This document shows positions 26,832-35,693 of a stretch of 62,475 nucleotides of DNA, one piece after another. A model generated the notes under the pieces. The model ran no database searches. It saw nothing but the letters and a program-made list of their open reading frames with translations, and was not told the DNA's origin. Origin of the DNA: a virus (lineage: Duplodnaviria; Caudoviricetes); the IMG/VR virus record IMGVR_UViG_3300023184_000124, positions 1 through 62,475 of that record, one strand, 5' to 3'. Position 1 is the stretch's first letter. Each line of letters opens with the position of its first letter. The position numbers and the translations under genes are program-made.

Positions 26832-28594
26832 TCTATGTCTACAGTGTTATGGTAACTTGTGAAGCCGCCTTCTTTTACAACTTTAAGTACACTTGGTACT
26901 CTGCCAGCAAGTTCTTCTCTATGACTAACTAACCATATAGACTTATGCCGGCGGCGACTCATATCTTTAAAAATAGCAATGGCATTTTCTACGCCCATTG
27001 TATCTAATCCGCTATCAATTAATTCATCAACAAACAACGTATTAATGGGTTTGTATAAATTTTCCCACACATCTCTAAAAGCAAAACTTAATCCTAAAAT
27101 TAATCTATTTCGCTCTCCTCTTGATAAATTATCAAAATCAAGTTCTCTTCCCAACTCAGTAATCTCAACTTGTAAATCATTTTTAAAAATAACTTGGTGC
27201 GGTAATCCAATTTTGTCTAAATAATCGGTCAATCTAGCGTTTAAATAACTTAAGTTTTGGTCAATTATCTTTTTACGAACAAAACTATCTTTACTAGTTA
27301 GTAAATCTAATAAAAATTTTTGATGTTCCATAGTTCGTGTCAATTTATTAATAACTTCAAAATCAATGGATTGTAATGCATGACGTTCCATTTCTATAAT
27401 TTGTTCACTGTACGGATCTACCTCATTGGCTTTGTTTTCTAATTGGGTTACAATATTAGCAATCTCACTAGAATGTTTTACTGCTTCTGCTTCTGTATTA
27501 TAATGCGTAATTGGTAACATCCCTAATGTACCTAACTGTTGTAACAACCCTGTATTTTCAATATATTGAGAATTAGTTGCTAATGCTTGTAATGAAGCTT
27601 CTTGTAATGCTTTTTCTTTATCTGCTAATACTTCTTCATGTTTGGTATCATGCAATTCTTGTCCGCATGCATAACAGGTATGATTTTTTAAATCTGCAAT
27701 TTCTTTTTTTAATTTAGTTATTAACTTTAAATCTTTGGCTTCATCGGTTACACACCTAGTAATTAGCTTAGTTAGTTCATCAATGTCTTTTCTTTTTTGA
27801 ATATATTCAATTAAATCTTTATGTGCTTGTAACTCAGCGATAATGTCAATGTTGGTTAACTCTGTATAGGTAAGAGTTAGTTTTGTTAAATCTAAGTTGT
27901 GTTTATCTTGCCAAAGTTTACTTCTACGTTTAGTAGAATCAATTTGTTCTTTAACACGCTTATTGGCTTCTTCTACTGCCTTAACACGGAATTCTTCAGA
28001 TTGAATACTATCTTTACTATCTCTAACCATATTTTTAACAATATCCGCTTTTTCAGAAAGTAAAGTGATGCCAAGTAATTGTTCAATGATATCACGTTGG
28101 TCATTTGTTTTTAATGCTAAAAACGGTTCACTATAGGTATTCAATGCAACAATATGTCTAAACATATCAGCAGACATTTGTATAACTCGTTCTATTGCTA
28201 TTTGAGTTTCTTTGTTTTCTCCTTGAGCATCATCTGTGTTTTTTTGCAAATCATTGTTTATATAAAATCGCAATAGATTGGGTTTTCTTCCACGCTCAAT
28301 TTTATATTCCAAACCATCAACACTAAATTCTAGTGTAACAAGCATGTTTTTACCATTGGTTCGATTAACTAAATTATCTTTGCGAATTGAGTTAATAGGA
28401 ACGCCAAACAATGCGTAAGATAAGCCTTGAATCAATGAAGTTTTACCCGTACCATTACGAGCGCCATCACCACCTAAATCTAGATTTTCACCTAAAATAA
28501 GTGTTAGTTCTTGTCTGTCAAAGTTGACTGCTTGGGTTACTTGTCCGATTGATAAAAAATTACGAAGGGTGATGTTTTTAAGTGTTATTGCCAT
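26828..28594 (-). CDS. gp46: Recombination endonuclease ATPase subunit (gp46 / SbcC / Rad50)
   Basis: RNFLS, NGTGKT, zinc hook CYACGQ, LSRGE, FVDELIDSGLD and VSH. Confidence 0.95.
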   Translation of the reverse strand: MAITLKNITLRNFLSIGQVTQAVNFDRQELTLILGENLDLGGDGARNGTGKTSLIQGLSYALFGVPINSIRKDNLVNRTNGKNMLVTLEFSVDGLEYKIERGRKPNLLRFYINNDLQKNTDDAQGENKETQIAIERVIQMSADMFRHIVALNTYSEPFLALKTNDQRDIIEQLLGITLLSEKADIVKNMVRDSKDSIQSEEFRVKAVEEANKRVKEQIDSTKRRSKLWQDKHNLDLTKLTLTYTELTNIDIIAELQAHKDLIEYIQKRKDIDELTKLITRCVTDEAKDLKLITKLKKEIADLKNHTCYACGQELHDTKHEEVLADKEKALQEASLQALATNSQYIENTGLLQQLGTLGMLPITHYNTEAEAVKHSSEIANIVTQLENKANEVDPYSEQIIEMERHALQSIDFEVINKLTRTMEHQKFLLDLLTSKDSFVRKKIIDQNLSYLNARLTDYLDKIGLPHQVIFKNDLQVEITELGRELDFDNLSRGERNRLILGLSFAFRDVWENLYKPINTLFVDELIDSGLDTMGVENAIAIFKDMSRRRHKSIWLVSHREELAGRVPSVLKVVKEGGFTSYHNTVDIE

Positions 28595-28625
28595 GGGTTT
28601 TCATTAAATTATTTAAGATAGTATT

Positions 28626-29642
28626 TTAAAGATTGTTGTAAATGTCTAACAAAATCTTTTTATCAAAGCTATTGCTTTCAATACTATTGATTTGAGCAAT
28701 TACAATTTGATCTACTGATTCAAACTTTAATCCGTCTAAGTTTTGTCCTTGTTCTACTTGATCTGCTTTCATGGGTATTAATGTCATTTCTCTTAACTTG
28801 TGTTCTGGAATAAGGGTTTCTCTAATAAAATTGGCTTCTTCATATGATATATCTATATCTAAATGAACACGCACATGGCTATCAATCAATAGTAAGTTTT
28901 CAGGATTTTCTAATACAGCACTTAGTTTATGAACTCTGTATATTGGTTGTCTGGGCCAACTATGAAATTCTGGTTCAGTTCCCCATTCTAAAATCATCAT
29001 GCCTCTAGCATCATCACCTGCGTCAGCATAATTATGCGGAAAGGTATTGCCGATATACCAAATATTATTTCGTGATTGTCGTTTGTGAAAGTGCCCACTA
29101 AATACTTTTTCAAATCCTGCTAAATGCTGTTCATTTATTTCACCATGATCGGGCATAGAAATCATTGCATTCATATAAAAATGAGGTAATTCTAAATGTC
29201 CAAACATATATTTACCACTCATTTTTTTAAGTTTTTTATAATCATCTTGTACTAACCATGGTGCAATAACAACATCATCAATTTTTAAAAAGTCATTAAC
29301 AATTGTAATATTGGGTAAATGTTTTGCCCATTCTACACTATGAATGTCACGGCGGTCACGATAATATAAATCATGATTACCGGGTATAAAAAATATTTGT
29401 TCAAAATTTTTACTTAGTTTTTCTAATGATTGTAACCCAAATTGTAATGTATGGATATTAATAGTGGCTCTATGATGATTCCAATCACCTAAGAAAAAAC
29501 AAGTTTCACAGTTTTCTTTTTTTGCTTTAGCAATAAACCAATCAACAAAATTTACACAGTCTTGATTGTGTTGTAGACTATTGCTTTTAAGTCCATAGTG
29601 AATATCGGTAAAAAACGCTGCTTTTTTAAATAAATTACTCAT
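28626..29642 (-). CDS. gp47: Recombination endonuclease nuclease subunit (gp47 / SbcD / Mre11)
   Basis: TDIHYG, GDWNH, GNHD, GHLE and SGHFH. Start reassigned to the ATG at 29642 (MSNLFKK). Confidence 0.95.
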   Translation of the reverse strand: MSNLFKKAAFFTDIHYGLKSNSLQHNQDCVNFVDWFIAKAKKENCETCFFLGDWNHHRATINIHTLQFGLQSLEKLSKNFEQIFFIPGNHDLYYRDRRDIHSVEWAKHLPNITIVNDFLKIDDVVIAPWLVQDDYKKLKKMSGKYMFGHLELPHFYMNAMISMPDHGEINEQHLAGFEKVFSGHFHKRQSRNNIWYIGNTFPHNYADAGDDARGMMILEWGTEPEFHSWPRQPIYRVHKLSAVLENPENLLLIDSHVRVHLDIDISYEEANFIRETLIPEHKLREMTLIPMKADQVEQGQNLDGLKFESVDQIVIAQINSIESNSFDKKILLDIYNNL

Positions 29643-29648
29643 CAGAAT

Positions 29649-29677
29649 ATTGTAGCATAATACTATGCATATTGTAA
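29649..29677 (-). promoter_or_regulatory. Sigma70-type promoter TTACAA-17-TACAAT with extended TG
   Basis: -10 at 29649-29654, 6 nt before the gp47 ATG. Confidence 0.55.
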
Positions 29678-29692
29678 TATAATACGGATACC

Positions 29693-30604
29693 TTACTCCT
29701 CGTAGACCATAGACCCAGAGCCCGACCCCTGCCGAGACCAACTTGGATTCAATCCATTTAGTTCTAAGATATCATCACGAATATTTTGGCTTCTTTTTTC
29801 AGTATTCAATACTCTACAAAATGAATTTGTAATAGCAGCCGTATAATAAGCAAACGGGTTTGCTGACTTAGCCTCATTAAATCTTAATCCAACATATGTT
29901 AATTGAAGAATAGCAGAATTTCTCATTTCATCGTTGTAAGTATATCCACGCCAATTGTATTTCATAGCATATTTTTCACACATCATAATATACATTCGGG
30001 CAAGTTTGTTTGTAATAGTGCCGTGTTCTTTGCTAAAATTACCAGTAATTAAATCTGTTTGCCAATGACTTTTACCAACACATTTAAAGGTATTAGTGTT
30101 ATCTATCATAAAATGTTGGAACGGTGGAAAATTAACCTTAACATGAACCATATCATCTATTTCGGCTTTGGTTGTATTATCTTCCAAATCAGCAAAAATC
30201 TCATCAGTGTCGGGTTCTATAAATTCAAAGATATCTTTTGCTGTTTTCTTTTTTAAGCTTTTACGCGGTGTTTTAGGAGCAACCGGTATATGTTCCCATG
30301 TCATGATTCTGAATACCAAATCAGTAATAGGAATGGAAAGTGGGTCAACTGAATCTTTAATGCCGGCTTCTAAACTTAATCTAGTTGCTCTTGTTTCCCT
30401 TGCTAGTTGTATTGATTCTGGCTTAATAGCATAGTCAAAACTTTCTGTAAGAGATGACTGGGGCATATCTACTATAAAATCATATCTGTGATATTCTGCT
30501 TTTTCAAAGTAACAATATGCTGATTTGCTTTCGTGAATTTCTTTTAAAATATCTTTGTTGTTGAGGTAGTTAACTGGCTTGCGCGGTGCGGGTAATAATG
30601 ACAT
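29693..30604 (-). CDS. gp55: Late-transcription sigma factor (gp55-like)
   Basis: NYLNNKDIL, NWRGYTYNDEM and RFNEAKSANPFAYYT...NSFCRVLNTEKR. Adjacent to gp47 as in T4-like phages. Confidence 0.88.
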   Translation of the reverse strand: MSLLPAPRKPVNYLNNKDILKEIHESKSAYCYFEKAEYHRYDFIVDMPQSSLTESFDYAIKPESIQLARETRATRLSLEAGIKDSVDPLSIPITDLVFRIMTWEHIPVAPKTPRKSLKKKTAKDIFEFIEPDTDEIFADLEDNTTKAEIDDMVHVKVNFPPFQHFMIDNTNTFKCVGKSHWQTDLITGNFSKEHGTITNKLARMYIMMCEKYAMKYNWRGYTYNDEMRNSAILQLTYVGLRFNEAKSANPFAYYTAAITNSFCRVLNTEKRSQNIRDDILELNGLNPSWSRQGSGSGSMVYEE

Positions 30605-30632
30605 AGGTTCCTTGTTTTAATTATGCTTGAGT

Positions 30633-30664
30633 ATTATAGCATATTTGTTGCTACAAAGCAACAA
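30633..30664 (-). promoter_or_regulatory. Sigma70 promoter TTGCTT-17-TATAAT (extended TG) overlapped by an 8-bp inverted repeat
   Basis: -10 at 30633-30638, -35 at 30656-30661, and TTGTTGCT-acaa-AGCAACAA at 30645-30664. Confidence 0.75.
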
Positions 30665-30742
30665 TTATTTTCGTATACGGTAAAATAAGTATTACTATTT
30701 ATCTACAATCAAAACTTATTCAAAAATCAATATTTTTAAAGC

Positions 30743-30750
30743 GATAAATA
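30743..30750 (+). promoter_or_regulatory. Late promoter GATAAATA for the baseplate operon
   Basis: 20 nt before the ATG at 30771, followed by SD TAAGGA. Further copies at 39121, 39622 and (CATAAGTA) 43017. Confidence 0.75.
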
Positions 30751-30770
30751 GACTATAAGGATAATATTAT

Positions 30771-32930
30771 ATGGCAACAACGGGAGCAAATACCTCAGCG
30801 CAATGGAGTACAGCAGCAGCCAATGCAACAGAAGCTGCGTTTGATGCTGATACCAAGGCCTTTGCTCAAGACATGGCTGTCGTTGAGGCAAAAAATCAAG
30901 TTAAACTACTTCAAGATAGAATGGCGGCGAGTGAGGCACTAGGTATAGACAGTACGCCATTTAAAAAATCATTACAAGCTAAACAAGATAATTTAATAAA
31001 ACAAACAGAGCTTGCCGGAGCGTATAGAACCCAAGCAACTACTGCTGGCGCGGCCGCCGCATCAGCAACCGAGTTAGCAGATAAGAATAGCGGACCTACT
31101 CCAGCAACTACTCCACCTGCCACTACTGCCCCGTCGGAACTTGCTACAACATATACTCCTGCCCCTCCCATACAACAAGTAACAAGTCCTTCGTCAGCAT
31201 TAACTACTAATTATCAAGCAAACGCAACCGTGGTTACTACTACTAATACAAACATTACTACAGTAACTCAGACTTCGGGCGGCAGTAGTACGACTTATTA
31301 TAATTCTGCCCCTATTGATACACCTGCTAGTAAAAATCTTCAAGAACAATCTGACATGGCTTCAAAAGAAGCACAATTATATAGTCTTAATCCAAGAACG
31401 GCGTTTGGGTCAAAAGCATTATATAATAAATATTTGAATGGAGAGATTACAGACTATCAATATACTAAACTTAAAAATTCAAAAGATGACGAAAGATTAG
31501 ATTTAGCCGCTGCAGCCTACGCTAAAGCTAATAAGTTATCTGATCAAGCTAATAAAGAAAGAATTACTGTTCCACCCGAGGTAGTAGTTACTGCCGAACC
31601 TACTACTACTGAAACAAAAGTAGAAGGGGCGCAAACTTTAACAGTAGCAAATACAAAAATTAGTGGAGAAATTGCTGGTACTGGTGTAACGACAGAAACA
31701 ATCGACGGAACAACTTATCAAGTAACACAAAATCCTGCTCAAAACACTACCACTTACACACCTTCAGATAACTCAACTTTTGGAGTAACAGTACCAACAA
31801 CTGGTATTCAAAATGCTACAGCAGCGCAAATTACTGCACCAGAAGTTCAAATTGGTCAAGCGGGTCTTGCACCCCCACTAGCAGCACCTGCAGCAACAAC
31901 AGTACCAGTAGCAGCACCGGCAGCAGCACCCCCAGTTGAAAAATCAACGGGTACACCTTATGTATTTCCCGATGAACGCGGCGGAGCAGGTGGCGTATCA
32001 AATGATGTTCCAATTGCACAAAGACTAGTTCAAGATAATGATCCCGAAGGCACGGCAAATATACAAGAACAAAATGCTGCTGCCGCAAATCAAGCAGCAA
32101 TACAAAATGGACAAGAAAGTGTAAATTTAAACCCACAAGGTATTTCAACAGGAAAAACCGAGGCATTGAATTCAGGGCAAGATTTCAAACCAGTACCTGA
32201 TTGGCGAGTACGATTAAGTTTAGCCCCGGGGGCAAACTATTTGTATAAAGTTGGACCAGGTGCTGCAGGAATACTTAATCCACTACAAAAAACTGAAGGG
32301 GTTATATTTCCATATACCCCGGCAATCTCAGTTGCGTATGCTGCAAATTATACCCCATTTGATCCTACGCATAGTAATTATAAAATATATCAATATACAA
32401 ATAGTAGTGTTGACGCTTTTTCAATTACCTGTGATTTTACAGCACAAGATACTACAGAAGCAAATTATTTATTAGCGGTAATACATTTTTTTAAATCAAT
32501 TACTAAAATGTTTTACGGGAAAGATCAAAATCCAAAACCCGGAACCCCTCCGCCTCTATGTTATTTAAGCGGTCTGGGTGAATTTCAATTTGACAATCAT
32601 CCATTGGCTATTACTGGATTTACATATCAATTACCAATTGATGTAGATTATATAAGAGCGTTGCCTCAACCGGCTATTAGTGGTGCAGGACAAGCCTCCA
32701 CCGTATCTACACAAAGAGGTGTAACTAATGACATATATCCTATAGGTCCTCAGTTTTCTTCTGGAGCTTCTACCGGTAAACCAACATATGTGCCTACTAA
32801 AATGCAAATATCAATTACAGCACATCCAATAGTATCTAGAAATAATATAAGTAACAAATTTAGTTTAAAAGAGTATGCTACAGGACAGTTGTTGCTTGGT
32901 AAAAGTCGTAATAGTGGAGGAATTTGGTAA
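30771..32930 (+). CDS. Baseplate/tail-tube initiator-like protein (gp48/gp54-like C-terminal domain) with long low-complexity N-terminus
   Basis: The C-terminal ~240 aa contain DWRVRL, FPYTP, HSNY, FTAQ, GTPPP and PTKMQISIT. It lies immediately before gp53. Confidence 0.65.
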   Translation: MATTGANTSAQWSTAAANATEAAFDADTKAFAQDMAVVEAKNQVKLLQDRMAASEALGIDSTPFKKSLQAKQDNLIKQTELAGAYRTQATTAGAAAASATELADKNSGPTPATTPPATTAPSELATTYTPAPPIQQVTSPSSALTTNYQANATVVTTTNTNITTVTQTSGGSSTTYYNSAPIDTPASKNLQEQSDMASKEAQLYSLNPRTAFGSKALYNKYLNGEITDYQYTKLKNSKDDERLDLAAAAYAKANKLSDQANKERITVPPEVVVTAEPTTTETKVEGAQTLTVANTKISGEIAGTGVTTETIDGTTYQVTQNPAQNTTTYTPSDNSTFGVTVPTTGIQNATAAQITAPEVQIGQAGLAPPLAAPAATTVPVAAPAAAPPVEKSTGTPYVFPDERGGAGGVSNDVPIAQRLVQDNDPEGTANIQEQNAAAANQAAIQNGQESVNLNPQGISTGKTEALNSGQDFKPVPDWRVRLSLAPGANYLYKVGPGAAGILNPLQKTEGVIFPYTPAISVAYAANYTPFDPTHSNYKIYQYTNSSVDAFSITCDFTAQDTTEANYLLAVIHFFKSITKMFYGKDQNPKPGTPPPLCYLSGLGEFQFDNHPLAITGFTYQLPIDVDYIRALPQPAISGAGQASTVSTQRGVTNDIYPIGPQFSSGASTGKPTYVPTKMQISITAHPIVSRNNISNKFSLKEYATGQLLLGKSRNSGGIW

Positions 32931-33238
32931 TGGCAAATAGTAGGTATCCTTCGACCAGTCCATATTATAATACTGGAATAGTAAATAATGGGTTTTTAGA
33001 TGTTATGATTAATAGATATATACCAATGGTAGCATCTGATAAATATTGGCAAATAACACCTGTATACGAATTTAGGCCAGATATGTTAGCATATGATTTA
33101 TACACTGATCCTAAATTGTGGTGGGTATTTGCACAACGAAATCCCAATAGACTTAAAGATCCTTATTTTGATTTTGTAGTCGGTGTGGGAATATATTTAC
33201 CAAAACCTGAATTATTATCACAATTATTAGGACAATAG
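32930..33238 (+). CDS. gp53: Baseplate wedge subunit (gp53-like, LysM-type)
   Basis: RPDMLAYDLY...LWWVFAQRN...DP. ATG overlaps the upstream stop (TAATG) and follows SD GGAGG. Confidence 0.85.
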   Translation: MANSRYPSTSPYYNTGIVNNGFLDVMINRYIPMVASDKYWQITPVYEFRPDMLAYDLYTDPKLWWVFAQRNPNRLKDPYFDFVVGVGIYLPKPELLSQLLGQ

Positions 33239-33241
33239 TAT

Positions 33242-35692
33242 ATGGCTGATACATGGGCAATAGCAGATGATGATAGAAAAAATACTGCAGGTGAGGACAG
33301 AGATAACACTGACCAGCCAAGTAGCGGTACTACTCCTGCAGCAAAATCCGGCACCGCTGCAGCTTCCCCGGCGTCAACAAGTAATCCCCCACCGGGCGCT
33401 AGATTATCTAATCCACTATCATTATTTGCAAGTTATACATATCAATTATCATTATATATGATAACACCAGATGCATATGACCTGTTTATTGCTTCGGGAA
33501 GAAAAGATATTAATGCGTTAACTAGAGCAGGCGGTCTCGGCGGTGCATATTTACTAGTTCAAAGTGGTGGTATAAATACTACCGGTACTGAGACGGCTCG
33601 TGCGCCAGGCTTTGAATTGGATTACTTTATTGATGATTTGAAAATAACTACTTCCACATCTGCTGCTTCTTCAGGTACTGCCACTAACACCACTGAGATG
33701 TCATTTAGTATATATGAACCATATGGGTTTTCTTTTATGACTAAATTAAAAAACGCAACTGAAGCACTACAGCAATATAGTAAACTACCAAATTTTAAAG
33801 ACATAAAAAATCCAGGCAGACAGTTTTTTATATTAGGTATTAGATTTTTAGGATATGATATTAATGGTAAAATATTAACTGGACAAGAAAATATTGATGG
33901 TACTATTTTAGATAAATTTGGAACTGATAACGGAGTGCTAGAAACATTTTATGATATTTTAATTTCTAGTATGCAGTTTAAAGTTGATGGAAAAGGGTCA
34001 AATTATTCAGTAAAAGCAAATTCTCTTCAACCTCAGATGGCATTTGGTTTAAAACGCGGGTTGCTTACGACAGGCGCCTCAGTTATTGCTGAAACAGTTG
34101 AGCAAGCATTAACCGGCGGAAGTGCATATAAAACCACTACCACCGGAAGTGAATCTACAACCACAGAAATTCCGGGAACATTGGGAATACTTACTAAATT
34201 AAATAGAGAACAGGAAAAGTTGCTGAAAGACGGAAAAATAACAGTTGCAAATGTATATAAACTAGCCTGGTTAGGTAATGCTGATACTATTAAAAATGCC
34301 TCATTACTAACCAAAGCCGATGTGGATAAACGTAAATTACCAATGACAACGGTATCTAATACATCACAAGTTGCTGCCGCAGCAGTAAAAAATATACCGC
34401 CGGACATTACTAAAAAGTTAATTAAATTTAATACTGCTACCCCGGTCATTCAAGCAATTAGTCAAATAATAGCACAAAGTAGTTATCTAGAAAACGCTTT
34501 AACTAAAGTATATACTGATGAAGAAGAGTCGGGTCCTAACGATGAATTGCCAAAAGGCTCCCCAGGAAAAATTGCCTGGTATAATTTATCAGCGAGAGTA
34601 AAAACTTTAGCGTGGGATAAAAAAGTTAATGATTTTGCTGTAGAGATAACATATGTTATACAACCTTATTTGACCCCAGTCGTAACTAGTTCATATGTAA
34701 ATAACGTTTCTAAATATTATGGACCACATAAAAGATATGAATATTGGTATACTGGTAAAAATTCTGAAATTTTATCATATGAACAAACGTTGAATCATGC
34801 ATATGTACAGGCGGCTCTTGACGGCACCAGTAACAAAGACGCTGTTGCCGACATTGCAACAATTCTTCAACAAAGAACAGGCGGTAATAGATTAGGTACA
34901 ATTAACAATGGTTTGGAAGCACAAAATGCATATATAACAAGTTTATCTGACCCCTCTGCTTGGTCTCAGGCAAAAATTAATATTATAGGTGATCCTGATT
35001 ATTTAATTCAAGATAGTCCGGGCTCAATAAATGATACATATAAACAGTTTTACGGACCGGAATTCACTATAAACCCAAATGGAGGGCAAGTGTTTATTGA
35101 AATAAATTTTAGAGAAGCAGTAGATTATAATGACACTACTGGATTAATGGACATCAATGAAAATATCATATTTTGGAAATATCCAAAAGAACTAAACATA
35201 AAGGGAGTTTCTTATCGACTTATTAGTGTTAAAAGTTCTTTCAGTAAAGGTAAATTTACTCAAGATCTAGAATGCCGAATAAATACTTTCCCTGATACTG
35301 CTGAAAGCGCAACTGGAAGAGGAAACCCGGCAGTCACAACCGGAGACTTTGCACGAGCTGACCGCCGAGCTGACCTAGCAGCAACTGCCGGTAGCAGCCA
35401 GACACCCATCACAACAACAACCGGTGGTCCGGGCGCATCAAATTTAATGAAAGACCCAGCGCAGATGGCACAGTCTCTAATAGAAAGTACTCAAAATGCA
35501 TTAACTGAAAATGGATTAGGTGACGTTAAAGGATTGTTATCAGTGATAACAGGAAATGCAAAAAATCTTATAGTAGCCAATGATGATAGCACCGGCGGTG
35601 GTCGATCCGGTACCGCAGCCCGTAACGGACAAGGATTTGGCGCTGAAAATGGTAGAGAGACAGCCGCATCATCAATTGTGGGAGTAAGATAA
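33242..35692 (+). CDS. Probable baseplate hub protein (gp27/late-control-D-like position)
   Basis: Between gp53 and gp5. Contains IYEPYG, INIIGDPDY and YRLISVKSSFSKGKFTQDL, typical of hub C-termini. Confidence 0.6.
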   Translation: MADTWAIADDDRKNTAGEDRDNTDQPSSGTTPAAKSGTAAASPASTSNPPPGARLSNPLSLFASYTYQLSLYMITPDAYDLFIASGRKDINALTRAGGLGGAYLLVQSGGINTTGTETARAPGFELDYFIDDLKITTSTSAASSGTATNTTEMSFSIYEPYGFSFMTKLKNATEALQQYSKLPNFKDIKNPGRQFFILGIRFLGYDINGKILTGQENIDGTILDKFGTDNGVLETFYDILISSMQFKVDGKGSNYSVKANSLQPQMAFGLKRGLLTTGASVIAETVEQALTGGSAYKTTTTGSESTTTEIPGTLGILTKLNREQEKLLKDGKITVANVYKLAWLGNADTIKNASLLTKADVDKRKLPMTTVSNTSQVAAAAVKNIPPDITKKLIKFNTATPVIQAISQIIAQSSYLENALTKVYTDEEESGPNDELPKGSPGKIAWYNLSARVKTLAWDKKVNDFAVEITYVIQPYLTPVVTSSYVNNVSKYYGPHKRYEYWYTGKNSEILSYEQTLNHAYVQAALDGTSNKDAVADIATILQQRTGGNRLGTINNGLEAQNAYITSLSDPSAWSQAKINIIGDPDYLIQDSPGSINDTYKQFYGPEFTINPNGGQVFIEINFREAVDYNDTTGLMDINENIIFWKYPKELNIKGVSYRLISVKSSFSKGKFTQDLECRINTFPDTAESATGRGNPAVTTGDFARADRRADLAATAGSSQTPITTTTGGPGASNLMKDPAQMAQSLIESTQNALTENGLGDVKGLLSVITGNAKNLIVANDDSTGGGRSGTAARNGQGFGAENGRETAASSIVGVR

Positions 35693-35693
35693 T

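Noticed and set aside
29643-29741. N-terminal extension of gp47 in the ORF track (and 25087-25104 for the resolvase)
   Set aside because: The gp47 extension overlaps the gp55 end. Both extensions run through promoter motifs, and downstream ATGs fit the family starts.
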